Shown here: piece by piece, positions 20,007 through 28,870 of the stretch
Numbering within the stretch: the first letter of the stretch is position 1
Layout of the letters: every line of letters starts with the position of its first letter
Assembly (NCBI GenBank): GCA_048270185.1
Contig: JBLWTJ010000001.1
Location: 320,001-384,000 of the forward strand
From: Bacteriovoracaceae bacterium
GTDB lineage: Bacteria > Bdellovibrionota > Bacteriovoracia > Bacteriovoracales > Bacteriovoracaceae
Length of the DNA stretch: 64,000 bases
Direction: 5' to 3'
Notes under the pieces: generated by a model
The model's input: the letters and a program-made list of their open reading frames with translations, nothing else
What the model was told of the DNA's origin: nothing
Database searches by the model: none
Program-made: the position numbers and the translations under genes

Positions 20007-21019
20007 TCGACTTCCTTATCTTCCTTATCTCCCTGATCTTCACCAAGATAATTCACAATATTTGCAATCTCATTAATCTTCTCTTTACGGCGCTTGTTAT
20101 AGAGAAAGGTCATACGAGGGTCTGAGTGCCTGGCATAAGTCGCTTGATCCTCAAGGCTTGCGCCATTCTCATAGAGGTTTCCAATCCCTGTAGCACGAGA
20201 TGAGTGCGGTGAGATTCTGTGTTTGATTCCTGCAAGCTTAGCATATTTTTGAAAGATCTGGTCAATTGTGTTTCGGTTTAAAGGCCCAAGCTCATGTGAC
20301 TTTCGACCTGATGTAAAGAGAGGCTCACTCTGCGCAAACTCACGCCTTAAACTAAAGACTTCAATGTAGAATTTAATATCGTTAAAAGTCTCATCAGAGA
20401 GATAGACCTTTTGCTTCTTTCCACCCTTACTTTTTACATGCAGGTAATTGCCAATATTATCGCTGGCGAAGTCCCCTACTTTAAGGCCAATAATTTCAGA
20501 CTTTCTCAGTAAGGTATGGAACATGACTTTTAGAATCGTTAAGTGAAGCACGCCACTTAGATTATAGCTGCCATCCTTATTATGGAGAGTGACACTCTCA
20601 AACATATCCACAACCTCAGAGGCCGAAAGATCATTGGTCTTAACTTCCATAACGACCTTAGGCCTAAAGACACCTGTGGCCGGATTCTTATAGCAAAGCT
20701 CCTTTTCCACTAGGAAATCAAAGAAGCGCTTAATAGAAGAAAGATGCCTTGCTACTGTCGCATCCTTAAGCTCTTCATTCTTTAAAAGATGGTCACGGTA
20801 GGCCGAGATATGGCGTTGGGAAACGTCTGATAGGTTTGAGAAGGTCTCAAATCCCTTTAAAAACGTTAGAAACTTCTTTAGGTCTCTCTTATAAGCATCT
20901 CTGGTATGGATGGAATTGGACTTAGTTAAGAAGTCCTCAAAGATATCATTAATGCGCGCACTTGAACGCCTAGGGCCTACGGCACGAGATCCATTTCTGG
21001 CGTAGCTTACTTCAACCAT
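20003..21019 (-). CDS. tyrosine recombinase (Xer/integrase family), recombinase 1
   Basis: N-terminal core-binding domain (TRDAYKRDL, TVARHLSSIKRFF) and a full catalytic set: R (LRKSE), K (KSKGGK), HxxR (HSSR), H (ARH), Y (TFLY). Confidence 0.93.
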   Translation of the reverse strand: MVEVSYARNGSRAVGPRRSSARINDIFEDFLTKSNSIHTRDAYKRDLKKFLTFLKGFETFSNLSDVSQRHISAYRDHLLKNEELKDATVARHLSSIKRFFDFLVEKELCYKNPATGVFRPKVVMEVKTNDLSASEVVDMFESVTLHNKDGSYNLSGVLHLTILKVMFHTLLRKSEIIGLKVGDFASDNIGNYLHVKSKGGKKQKVYLSDETFNDIKFYIEVFSLRREFAQSEPLFTSGRKSHELGPLNRNTIDQIFQKYAKLAGIKHRISPHSSRATGIGNLYENGASLEDQATYARHSDPRMTFLYNKRRKEKINEIANIVNYLGEDQGDKEDKEVE

Positions 21020-21630
21020 TACTGGAAAGCCTTTGTGTCACTTGTGTGCTTTAAGCTCTTAGACCATGAATCAAGGGCATCTAATAAGTTCTCCTTAGGC
21101 GAGATAACCCAAGTATTAATCTGTGTGATTTCGGACTTTGTGAATGCCTCTAATAAGTCCTCTTCATCAAACATGAATTCAAAGTGGAGGCGCTTAAAGA
21201 TATGGCGCCCTTTTAAGACACGGGCCTGATAGTGATCAGCTTGCCCAATACGCCCATGTTTCTTATTTGATATAAGTAATTCCGTATCGGCGATAATTTG
21301 ATCAAAGAGATTTCTAAGCTTTGTAAGAAGCCTCTTTTTGCGAATTAACTCCTTATCATAGTTTTCAACTAGGGCCTTGAGGATGGTTCCAAGCCCTGGC
21401 TTCTTACGTGTTATCTTTGAGGCCACAAGATCATAGGCCCATGATAGATACTTATTCTTAATCATAAGGGTCTTATGGATAACATTATCATCTATGTGTT
21501 TACTTGCGTATTCACTCACAGAGCTTCCCTGAGAGAGAATAATCATATCGTATTCGTCGTACTTAGGTGCTTCAATTAATGGTGTGGATGCTTGAGATGT
21601 CCTTCCAGACAGTGATCTAAGCTGTGTCAT
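21019..21630 (-). CDS. hypothetical protein, possible ribbon-helix-helix DNA-binding protein
   Basis: ATG 21630 has RBS AAGGAG (alternative start 21675); TAATG coupling to the recombinase; RHH-like pattern KTLMI-helix-GLGTILKALVENY. Confidence 0.7.
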   Translation of the reverse strand: MTQLRSLSGRTSQASTPLIEAPKYDEYDMIILSQGSSVSEYASKHIDDNVIHKTLMIKNKYLSWAYDLVASKITRKKPGLGTILKALVENYDKELIRKKRLLTKLRNLFDQIIADTELLISNKKHGRIGQADHYQARVLKGRHIFKRLHFEFMFDEEDLLEAFTKSEITQINTWVISPKENLLDALDSWSKSLKHTSDTKAFQ

Positions 21631-21652
21631 AACCGCTCCTTGGTTATATATT

Positions 21653-21682
21653 ATTTTATCAAACACATGGGTCATTTATCAA
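21653..21682 (-). promoter_or_regulatory. sigma70-type promoter of the recombinase-1 operon
   Basis: TTGATA-N18-TAAAAT with an extended -10 TG. Confidence 0.5.
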
Positions 21683-21711
21683 TTTTTCCCCACGTAAGAT
21701 TTTAAAAATTA

Positions 21712-21745
21712 ATATCTAGGCATAACTCCAATTATGCCTAGATAT
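21712..21745. other. perfect 14-6-14 inverted repeat, dif-like recombination-site candidate (site B)
   Basis: ATATCTAGGCATAA-CTCCAA-TTATGCCTAGATAT; the core GCATAA-N6-TTATG equals the core of E. coli dif. Confidence 0.55.
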
Positions 21746-21795
21746 ATTATATGTTAGTTATAAAATGAAAACATGTCATGTTTTTAAGAGTGAAA

Positions 21796-22311
21796 TTAAG
21801 CGGACATATCTAAGTCATTTACTTCAATTTCATTTAGTGATTGTTTCTCATAGGCATCAAAAGTCATTTCAATACTTTTTTCACTTAATCGATCAAGTCT
21901 TGGATGAAGAAAGGCTGTCAGGCCAATACTTGCTAAGTATGAAACCACAAAGAGTTCGACAGAAATTCCATTAGCGATATAGCCCATGAAGCCTAAGATA
22001 ATCACGGCCTGAGCAAAGGCCCATGATGAAACCCAGCCAGTAAAGACTTCATTGCGATAGACTTCATAAGAGCGGCCATATTTAAGAGTTTTAGTAACGA
22101 TTCTTTCGTCATTGAATAAAATAAAAAAGTAAACAAGTGAAAGAGACGCTGGAGCAAGACTTAGGATTTGAAAATTTGCTGTGATATCGGGATTATTTCC
22201 ACCTTCGATAATTCCACCGACAACCATGTAGAAGAGAAATGTTTGGGTAATTAGCATCGAGGCATATACAAGCTTAGTCATAAATTTCACGTGTCCAATA
22301 TTTCCATTCAT
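21796..22311 (-). CDS. hypothetical membrane protein (about 4 TM)
   Basis: Hydrophobic segments; G-rich RBS (GGGAGAG). Confidence 0.7.
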   Translation of the reverse strand: MNGNIGHVKFMTKLVYASMLITQTFLFYMVVGGIIEGGNNPDITANFQILSLAPASLSLVYFFILFNDERIVTKTLKYGRSYEVYRNEVFTGWVSSWAFAQAVIILGFMGYIANGISVELFVVSYLASIGLTAFLHPRLDRLSEKSIEMTFDAYEKQSLNEIEVNDLDMSA

Positions 22312-22477
22312 TCGTCTCTCCCCCGCCTTTATTGTTTCGTGTTCATCAACAATTATTAGGGAGAGTCTAGGTTATCTCCTAGTAAAATGATTATTCATTA
22401 ATTCCAGTGACTTATCTCTGCAATCTTTAGTTGATCAAAGATAGTGGATATTACCTTTTAAAAACAAATACTTAGCT

Positions 22478-22504
22478 TAAGAAAACCTTAACAATTTCCG
22501 ATAA
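22478..22504 (+). promoter_or_regulatory. sigma28 (FliA)-like promoter
   Basis: TAAG-N15-TCCGATAA upstream of the DUF285 lipoprotein. Confidence 0.55.
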
Positions 22505-22629
22505 TTAAGCTGAGGTCAATAAAATATAATGCCTCATATAATTGCTACTTTATAAGTTAGCTCTCCCTTTAAATTATTGATATAGGGCCAAGTTAACTTT
22601 CTTTCGATTACCGGGGATATGATTTGAGA

Positions 22630-24723
22630 ATGACGAGGATATTACTTTTAATTTCAACATTATTTCTAATTACTGCTTGCGGAAAGAAGGCTTCAACTAA
22701 TGCAACGATCAGCATCGTTTCGGGCCTTTCAAGTGTAACGACTCTCTTTGCCGGTGGCGCTCATCTCTTTGCCACAAATTCTGATACTGGTGTTAAGCGA
22801 TCGATTGAGTTAACTGATACGACAATGGATATCGAATTTGATAACGGGACTTGGGATTTATCTTTCTATGCGTGGGATGATCCGAATATGGGAAGTATGC
22901 CATATTGTAATAAGATGACAGGTGTTGTTCTTGATGGAGCGGCAATTGAGCTAAGTGTTTCGATGCTTCAAGATGCTTCTTGTCAGCTAACAAGTAATAT
23001 CAATCTTCACTCTCCAGTTATGGGTGCAACAATTCCAATTGTTATGCCGGCCTCATCGATTAAGGTACATCTTCTAAATTACGATTCAGCTCCAAAGCAT
23101 AGTTTTGGAATGAAGCCGGGCCTAAATTTTTCAAGTCACAATATCTGCGTTGGTGACACTGGACTTACAGTAAACGATCCTCTAGATGTTGGAACTTATC
23201 TTCAAAATATTCCAGAAGAAAATGCTCCTTTCTACATTGAGGTCTTTGACGGTGTAGCCGATTGTTCTGGCTCAACAACTCGTGAATACTTCTCTCCAAC
23301 AGGTATATATACCGTAGCCGGCGACCTTACGGCAGATCTTTACCAGATTCCGCTTACTGACTTTATCTTTACTGTAAAAGTTCTTGTTGGGGGAAATTCA
23401 TTTGTCGCTCCAGTTAAGTCTGGTGGGACATATAACTTCACGATTGATTATGGTGATGGCTCAGCAAGTGAGACTATCGTCTCAGATGCTCCAGCGGGAC
23501 ATACTTACTCTGCGACAGGACAGCATCTCGTTCGAATCTCTGGGGAAATGAGTGGAGTTGAAGTTGCAGATAATGCAAATATGTATGTTGAGAATGTTAT
23601 GAACCTTGGGGACACCAAAACTCAGGATTATTCTGGTGCATTTCATGGACTATCCAATTCGGGAGTAAATCTTAATAGTATAGCAGGCGGATTCACTTCC
23701 TCAGCAACAGATATGTCAATATTTCTCCGCTTTCTTGGCCTTCTGACAAGGGTCGATTTGTCTAGTTTTGATACTTCAAATGTGACTTCAATGAGCGGCA
23801 TGTTTGCATCATCAAACGCTATCACACACTTAAACCTTAAAAACTTTAACACTAGTAAAGTTACAGACATGACTTCGATGTTCAATTATTGTCAATCACT
23901 AGAAGAAATAAACGTAAGCTCATTTGATACTACAAATGTAACAAATATGACCAATATGTTTAAGGATACGGTTAGCCTGACAAGCCTGGATCTTAGTTCC
24001 TTTAAAACACCAAATTTAACGTCAATGCATTACATGTTTAGAAATACAACTAGTTTAACTGATTTAGACATTAGTAACTTTGAAACTTCCAGTGTTACAA
24101 GTATGCTTGGTGCATTTGAGCAAGCAACAAGTCTAACAAGCCTAGACTTAAGTCACTTCGATACTTCAAGTCTTACAAATATGAGTGGTATGTTTTCCGG
24201 AGCGACTAATTTAACGAATCTGAATATAAGCAGCTTTGATACATCTAATGTGACAATTATGACTAGTTTGTTTGCTGGTACATCTTCATTAACAAGCCTT
24301 GATCTTAGTCATTTCAATACTTCAAATGTTACAACAATGGCGTCTATGTTCAAAGATATGACTAATTTAACAAGCTTGAATGTTAGTAGCTTTGATACTT
24401 CATTAGTAACAAATATGGCTTATATGTTTTCAGGGGCACAAAGCTTAACATTTCTAAATACACCTTTTGATACAACTAATGTAACTAATATGGCCTATAT
24501 GTTTAGCGATATGACTTCCTTAAATGCAATCGATTTTTCTTCATTTGATTACTCAAGCGTTACGGATATGTCATACTTTCTAAGTGGATCTCCTGTTACT
24601 ACAATCCAAGATTCCGGAACAAATTATAATGCTCCAGTTCTTATGAGTTCAACTTCGCTAATAGACAGTGGAACATGTACATATGATTATACATATCCAA
24701 CGCTGACATTTTCCTGTCCTTAG
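22630..24723 (+). CDS. BspA/DUF285-type repeat surface lipoprotein with a PKD-like domain
   Basis: Lipobox LITA-C; IDYGDG..HTY PKD-like segment; 11 repeats of about 26 aa (LDLSSFDTSNVTxMxxMF). Confidence 0.88.
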   Translation: MTRILLLISTLFLITACGKKASTNATISIVSGLSSVTTLFAGGAHLFATNSDTGVKRSIELTDTTMDIEFDNGTWDLSFYAWDDPNMGSMPYCNKMTGVVLDGAAIELSVSMLQDASCQLTSNINLHSPVMGATIPIVMPASSIKVHLLNYDSAPKHSFGMKPGLNFSSHNICVGDTGLTVNDPLDVGTYLQNIPEENAPFYIEVFDGVADCSGSTTREYFSPTGIYTVAGDLTADLYQIPLTDFIFTVKVLVGGNSFVAPVKSGGTYNFTIDYGDGSASETIVSDAPAGHTYSATGQHLVRISGEMSGVEVADNANMYVENVMNLGDTKTQDYSGAFHGLSNSGVNLNSIAGGFTSSATDMSIFLRFLGLLTRVDLSSFDTSNVTSMSGMFASSNAITHLNLKNFNTSKVTDMTSMFNYCQSLEEINVSSFDTTNVTNMTNMFKDTVSLTSLDLSSFKTPNLTSMHYMFRNTTSLTDLDISNFETSSVTSMLGAFEQATSLTSLDLSHFDTSSLTNMSGMFSGATNLTNLNISSFDTSNVTIMTSLFAGTSSLTSLDLSHFNTSNVTTMASMFKDMTNLTSLNVSSFDTSLVTNMAYMFSGAQSLTFLNTPFDTTNVTNMAYMFSDMTSLNAIDFSSFDYSSVTDMSYFLSGSPVTTIQDSGTNYNAPVLMSSTSLIDSGTCTYDYTYPTLTFSCP
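23752..24600 (+). repeat. 11 tandem coding repeats of about 78 bp (26 aa)
   Basis: Repeated xDxSxFxTSxVTxMxxMF units in the translation. Confidence 0.85.
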
Positions 24724-24732
24724 GCGTGCCTA

Positions 24733-25281
24733 TCAAACATCCTGATCACTCGGAATCGACAAAACCTGCGACTCAAAGGGATCACTGATATTGATAAAGT
24801 AGTAGCACTTATTATTATCAAGCATAAATCCATGAGGTGATTTTTCAGACATCTGAATACGCCATCCTGATGCTAATATCGGCACATCAACTTTAAAGAG
24901 ATTTTCTTCTAGGTCATAGTAGAAATTCACAAGTGTCACCTTGAGGTAGCGTTGATCGCGGGAGAGTTCACTAACATGGGCAATACTGAAAGAATAGATC
25001 GTTCCCATGGGCTGCACCCCCTTTAAAAGGGCCGAATGCTCTGGGATAGCATGGTAGTAGAAGGCCCGCTCAAAATCCTTAATACACTTAAAAGATGTAG
25101 AATTGCGCTGTCCTATATTATCAAGATTCTCCTTGGCCTTAATGCCGCGCTCGTGCCACTGGTCAGATAAAGCTGCTGACTTTGAAGATGGATTACGTGC
25201 TTCTTTGGACTTGTCATTACTTGAACAAGAGAACGCACTGAAAATAAAAATCGTAAATAGAATGAAGAGGGCCTTAAGCAT
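24733..25281 (-). CDS. hypothetical lipoprotein
   Basis: Hydrophobic N-terminus ending SAFS-C. Confidence 0.65.
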   Translation of the reverse strand: MLKALFILFTIFIFSAFSCSSNDKSKEARNPSSKSAALSDQWHERGIKAKENLDNIGQRNSTSFKCIKDFERAFYYHAIPEHSALLKGVQPMGTIYSFSIAHVSELSRDQRYLKVTLVNFYYDLEENLFKVDVPILASGWRIQMSEKSPHGFMLDNNKCYYFINISDPFESQVLSIPSDQDV

Positions 25282-25342
25282 AGAAGACTTCTCGGTGAGA
25301 AATTCTATCTTCTGGACTGGCTTAGGCCCTTCTTAAGAAAAC

Positions 25343-25726
25343 TTAATAAACTGAGCTAAAACATGAAAGCTCAAATGAGCGAGTGTAATTATCGCTTAAG
25401 CGAGTAAGTACAAGCTCAACTGGTAAGTAACTTGTCGCCTTACCAATGAATTCAGTTGGAATATTAATTAATTCTCTAATTGGCCCTTCCTTTGTTTCAT
25501 AAGTATGAACTTCATCATTCACACCAACAAAGAAGAGATCTTTTAAAATTCTGTGCTCATCAGGAAGATGCACACCATTAGTTGCAAAGTAAGTTGAATC
25601 ATCACCATTTAAATTGATAACAAAACCGTTTGTTGAATAAGAATCTGCTTCAGAACATTGAATATACTGACGTGCGCTTACAGACACAGAAAGTAGAAGT
25701 CCTAGAACGACTAAGATATTTCTCAT
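25343..25726 (-). CDS. secreted hypothetical protein
   Basis: Signal peptide (…SVSA-R); RBS GGGGGA; terminal Cys pair. Confidence 0.75.
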   Translation of the reverse strand: MRNILVVLGLLLSVSVSARQYIQCSEADSYSTNGFVINLNGDDSTYFATNGVHLPDEHRILKDLFFVGVNDEVHTYETKEGPIRELINIPTEFIGKATSYLPVELVLTRLSDNYTRSFELSCFSSVY

Positions 25727-25794
25727 ATAAATTCCCCCTATCGAATTTAAAATTAAAAAATCCTATGAGGGAGAGTTTGATATGTCAAACTAAA

Positions 25795-27411
25795 TTATAA
25801 TTCTTTGGTCAGATCCCACAACTTGGCACGACGTGAAATATACTTATTATCCTTATCGAGATGATCATTGAGATAGAGGTCTGTCACTAAGGCCTTAATT
25901 GCATCCTTAACATTGTCCGCGTAGTAGTCATTGTACTCGTCCTTATCAAGTCTTTTAGCTCTAAGACTATCAATCGTTTTAGGAAGCTCATTTTCAAGGT
26001 TCTTAAGTGTTAATTCAAGATCTCTTACTACATAGGCATCATAGATTGCCGAAGCAATGAAGCGCCCCTCAGGAAGTTTACGATATTCTTCGCTACTTTT
26101 TAAATCCTTGTCATTATCAACATCATTAAGCATTTTGTTAACCTTTGTAATCTTAGGGTCTTCTTCGTCAATTCCGACTTTAATCATCGATGCAATATGA
26201 TGCCCAATAGGATTAAAATAAGAAGAATTAGTCATGGCAATATAAGCATGGCCCACTTGATTTTCAGGATTTTCATTATTAAATTCAGTTACAGCGGCTC
26301 GAAAATTCTTAGATAAATAGGCCTTACCAGTATAGTCTCGTAGAACTTCAAGGTAGTCTTCTGTAATACCGCCAATATGTTCAGTATCACATGCACGACA
26401 AGCGGCCTTAACACGTTCCTCTTCCTTCTTATCATCTTCACTAGGATCATCATAAGATAGACAACAATCCTCACAAGGATAAGCATATTCAACTCCGTGA
26501 TAATGAACATGCCCTAAATTGTGAATTTGCTCATGAAAGAGTGTTTTTCTTAGTTCTTGCTTTCGCTGCTTAACTTCATCTTTTGATAGACCGCTTGCTG
26601 GGTCTCCAGGATTAACAGAGATATAGGGATGAGAAACTTTTCCATCTAAGATCTTTTCAGAGTCAGGGCCTGCAGATGCATGCGCATATACACCAGTCCA
26701 TGACAGATAGTCTGTTTCAGAACAAACAACTGTAACATTGTTTTTACTCAAGAGACTTTCTAGATCATGGGCCAAAGTCTTTGCACCATTACCTTTCAGA
26801 TTTTTAAGACATGAGATTCCAGTAAAGATTGACTCTTTTAGGAATTCTGGAAAATTCGCTCCCCAATTATTTATACATTGAGGGTCAATTTCATAACCGA
26901 AGCTTGTTGGAATAAAGCCACCTACAGCATTAGCAGCAATCGAAGACATCAGAATTGAAAACTTATCAATAGACTCTGTTCCAAATGAATATTCCTTATG
27001 AGTACAGTCACTATTTTGAATCAAGTCATAATGGTTCTTATATTCGATTTCATATTTCCCATCGTGATCCTTATCTATCTGGATCTTTACTTGTACTTTT
27101 TGTTTATCTCGTATTGATAACTTATGAGTTTCAATGCGATCAAATTTTTTATCACTATTTGTATCAACATAGATTCTCTTAATGGTTCCAGGAATTTTAT
27201 ACTTTGTAATTCTCTCAAAATATCCATCAACATTGCGATCTTCATGCAATTCAAAAAGCGTCTTATGCTCTTTATCAAGATAGACTTCAATTCGATCAGC
27301 TTTACCATCCTTATTGATATCGATATTTTTACGAAATAACTTACGTGGAGACTCTCCAAAAGAAGAGAGGGCAAAGCTTGAGATGAGAAATAATGGAATG
27401 AACGATTTCAT
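25795..27411 (-). CDS. secreted metzincin-like metallopeptidase with Ca-binding Dx[DN]xDG repeats
   Basis: Signal peptide; DINKDGK, DRNVDGY, DTNSDKK, DKDHDGK; HEQIHNLGHVH = HExxHxxGxxH. Confidence 0.72.
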   Translation of the reverse strand: MKSFIPLFLISSFALSSFGESPRKLFRKNIDINKDGKADRIEVYLDKEHKTLFELHEDRNVDGYFERITKYKIPGTIKRIYVDTNSDKKFDRIETHKLSIRDKQKVQVKIQIDKDHDGKYEIEYKNHYDLIQNSDCTHKEYSFGTESIDKFSILMSSIAANAVGGFIPTSFGYEIDPQCINNWGANFPEFLKESIFTGISCLKNLKGNGAKTLAHDLESLLSKNNVTVVCSETDYLSWTGVYAHASAGPDSEKILDGKVSHPYISVNPGDPASGLSKDEVKQRKQELRKTLFHEQIHNLGHVHYHGVEYAYPCEDCCLSYDDPSEDDKKEEERVKAACRACDTEHIGGITEDYLEVLRDYTGKAYLSKNFRAAVTEFNNENPENQVGHAYIAMTNSSYFNPIGHHIASMIKVGIDEEDPKITKVNKMLNDVDNDKDLKSSEEYRKLPEGRFIASAIYDAYVVRDLELTLKNLENELPKTIDSLRAKRLDKDEYNDYYADNVKDAIKALVTDLYLNDHLDKDNKYISRRAKLWDLTKEL

Positions 27412-27517
27412 TTCAATAGTTTAGCATAATTATTATACCTAGAAGCTTGGGCAGAAATGTTCAAACAATGGAATTTCAGAAGCTTATGCTATAATTTTCT
27501 TAAAGGATAGGAATATA

Positions 27518-28192
27518 GTGTACTTACTTTTAGAAGAAGAGATCCATAACTTAAATTTTTCTCATTATGAATATGAGAAGAAGTATCTTTTCACAAAATC
27601 TCAGTGGCAATATATTCAGTCAGTCTTTGACCATCAATTCCTTGAGGCCCCAGAATTTAGTGCAAATCGAGTTCACTCACTCTACTTTGATACCATCTCC
27701 CTCGAATCGGCCATGCAAGTTGATTCCGGAGAAGAAAGGAAGGAGAAATTTCGTATCCGCTATTATACGACACAAAATAAGCTATCTCCTACTGCATTTG
27801 AAGAAATAAAAATCAAGCGCAATCAAAAGCGTAGCAAGAAAAGAAAGGAGATGGTCATTACTCAAGAGGCCATCAATCAGCTTAGACAAAACGATTATCC
27901 ACTCGAAGATATTTTTAAGAGACTTTTGCCCATTGTGGATCTTAGTTATTCAAGAAAGCGCTTCATTTCAAAGGACGGGCAAATTAAGGCCAATATCGAC
28001 TATGATTTAAGTATTGATTGGACCTCGACATTATTCCCACCAAATAAGGCACAATTTTTTAATAACGATTTAATTATTATTGAGTTAAAATCTAATAATC
28101 TTAGAGTTATTGAAGAGTTTACAAAGAGAAATCCTGAATTTCATGAGTCGAGCTTCTCTAAGTATTACTATTGGGCCCAAAGAATAAGATAG
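27518..28192 (+). CDS. VTC-domain (polyphosphate polymerase/CYTH-like) protein
   Basis: ExK at the N-terminus, SLYFDT, KFRIRYY, EIK, IELK, FSKY. Confidence 0.85.
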   Translation: MYLLLEEEIHNLNFSHYEYEKKYLFTKSQWQYIQSVFDHQFLEAPEFSANRVHSLYFDTISLESAMQVDSGEERKEKFRIRYYTTQNKLSPTAFEEIKIKRNQKRSKKRKEMVITQEAINQLRQNDYPLEDIFKRLLPIVDLSYSRKRFISKDGQIKANIDYDLSIDWTSTLFPPNKAQFFNNDLIIIELKSNNLRVIEEFTKRNPEFHESSFSKYYYWAQRIR

Positions 28193-28198
28193 GTTACT

Positions 28199-28870
28199 AT
28201 GGAAGAACAATTACAAAAATTACTACAACTTGATCAAGTAAAAGTACAAAGCATTTTGTCTTATATCGTCGCACTTATTTACAGTTTATATGGAACTATG
28301 TGCTTAGTTGTGATTTTTAAGAAGTTTAAGAAACGTGCTGCTATTATAGATGAAACCTTCATTAACACGATTTACTTTCTGGCCATTGGCTCGACAGCGA
28401 TCTTTATTTCACTACAAAACTCTCTGGCCCTTTCTATCGGTCTAATCGGATCTCTATCAATAATTAGATTTAGAACCCCAATAAAAGACCCTCTACAAAT
28501 GGCCCTAATTTTCTTAACGATTGCAATTTCTCTGCTCTCAGTTATTGGAAATATTTTCTTTATTCTAGTCTTTATCGGCTTTGTTGTGATGGCGCTCTTT
28601 CTTAATGGAGAAAATTCAATCTTTAACTTCTTTAAAAATAATAATCTTCACTCAGGAAAAGTTGTCGTCTCAATTGATAAGACAAAGAATATCAAGGATT
28701 TCTTTGGTGAAGAACAAGCAAAGTTTCTCCAAGTTGAATCCATTGATTCAGGCTTTGAAGAATTGAGTGTTGTGACATTTAAGTTCTCTAACCTTGAACT
28801 TACGACAATTGAAGATCTTAAATCTCAATTTGAAGATAAGGCCAAGAATGTTTCATTCTATATGTATTAA
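28199..28870 (+). CDS. DUF4956-family membrane protein
   Basis: SLALSIGLIGSLSIIRFRTPIKD; adjacent to the VTC gene. Confidence 0.85.
   Translation: MEEQLQKLLQLDQVKVQSILSYIVALIYSLYGTMCLVVIFKKFKKRAAIIDETFINTIYFLAIGSTAIFISLQNSLALSIGLIGSLSIIRFRTPIKDPLQMALIFLTIAISLLSVIGNIFFILVFIGFVVMALFLNGENSIFNFFKNNNLHSGKVVVSIDKTKNIKDFFGEEQAKFLQVESIDSGFEELSVVTFKFSNLELTTIEDLKSQFEDKAKNVSFYMY

Noticed and set aside
20003..21019. Assigning xerC/xerD or integron integrase intI
   Set aside because: It lacks the canonical HxLRHSFATH motif of XerC/D and shows no obvious IntI insertion; no attC array was seen among the neighbouring small genes.
17740..21745. Prophage or integrative element bounded by attL/attR
   Set aside because: Sites A and B are not direct repeats (different arms and spacers), and there are no phage, conjugation or replication genes and no tRNA target.
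23752..24600. CRISPR-like periodicity
   Set aside because: These are in-frame degenerate 78-bp protein repeats with no identical repeats, unique spacers or cas genes.
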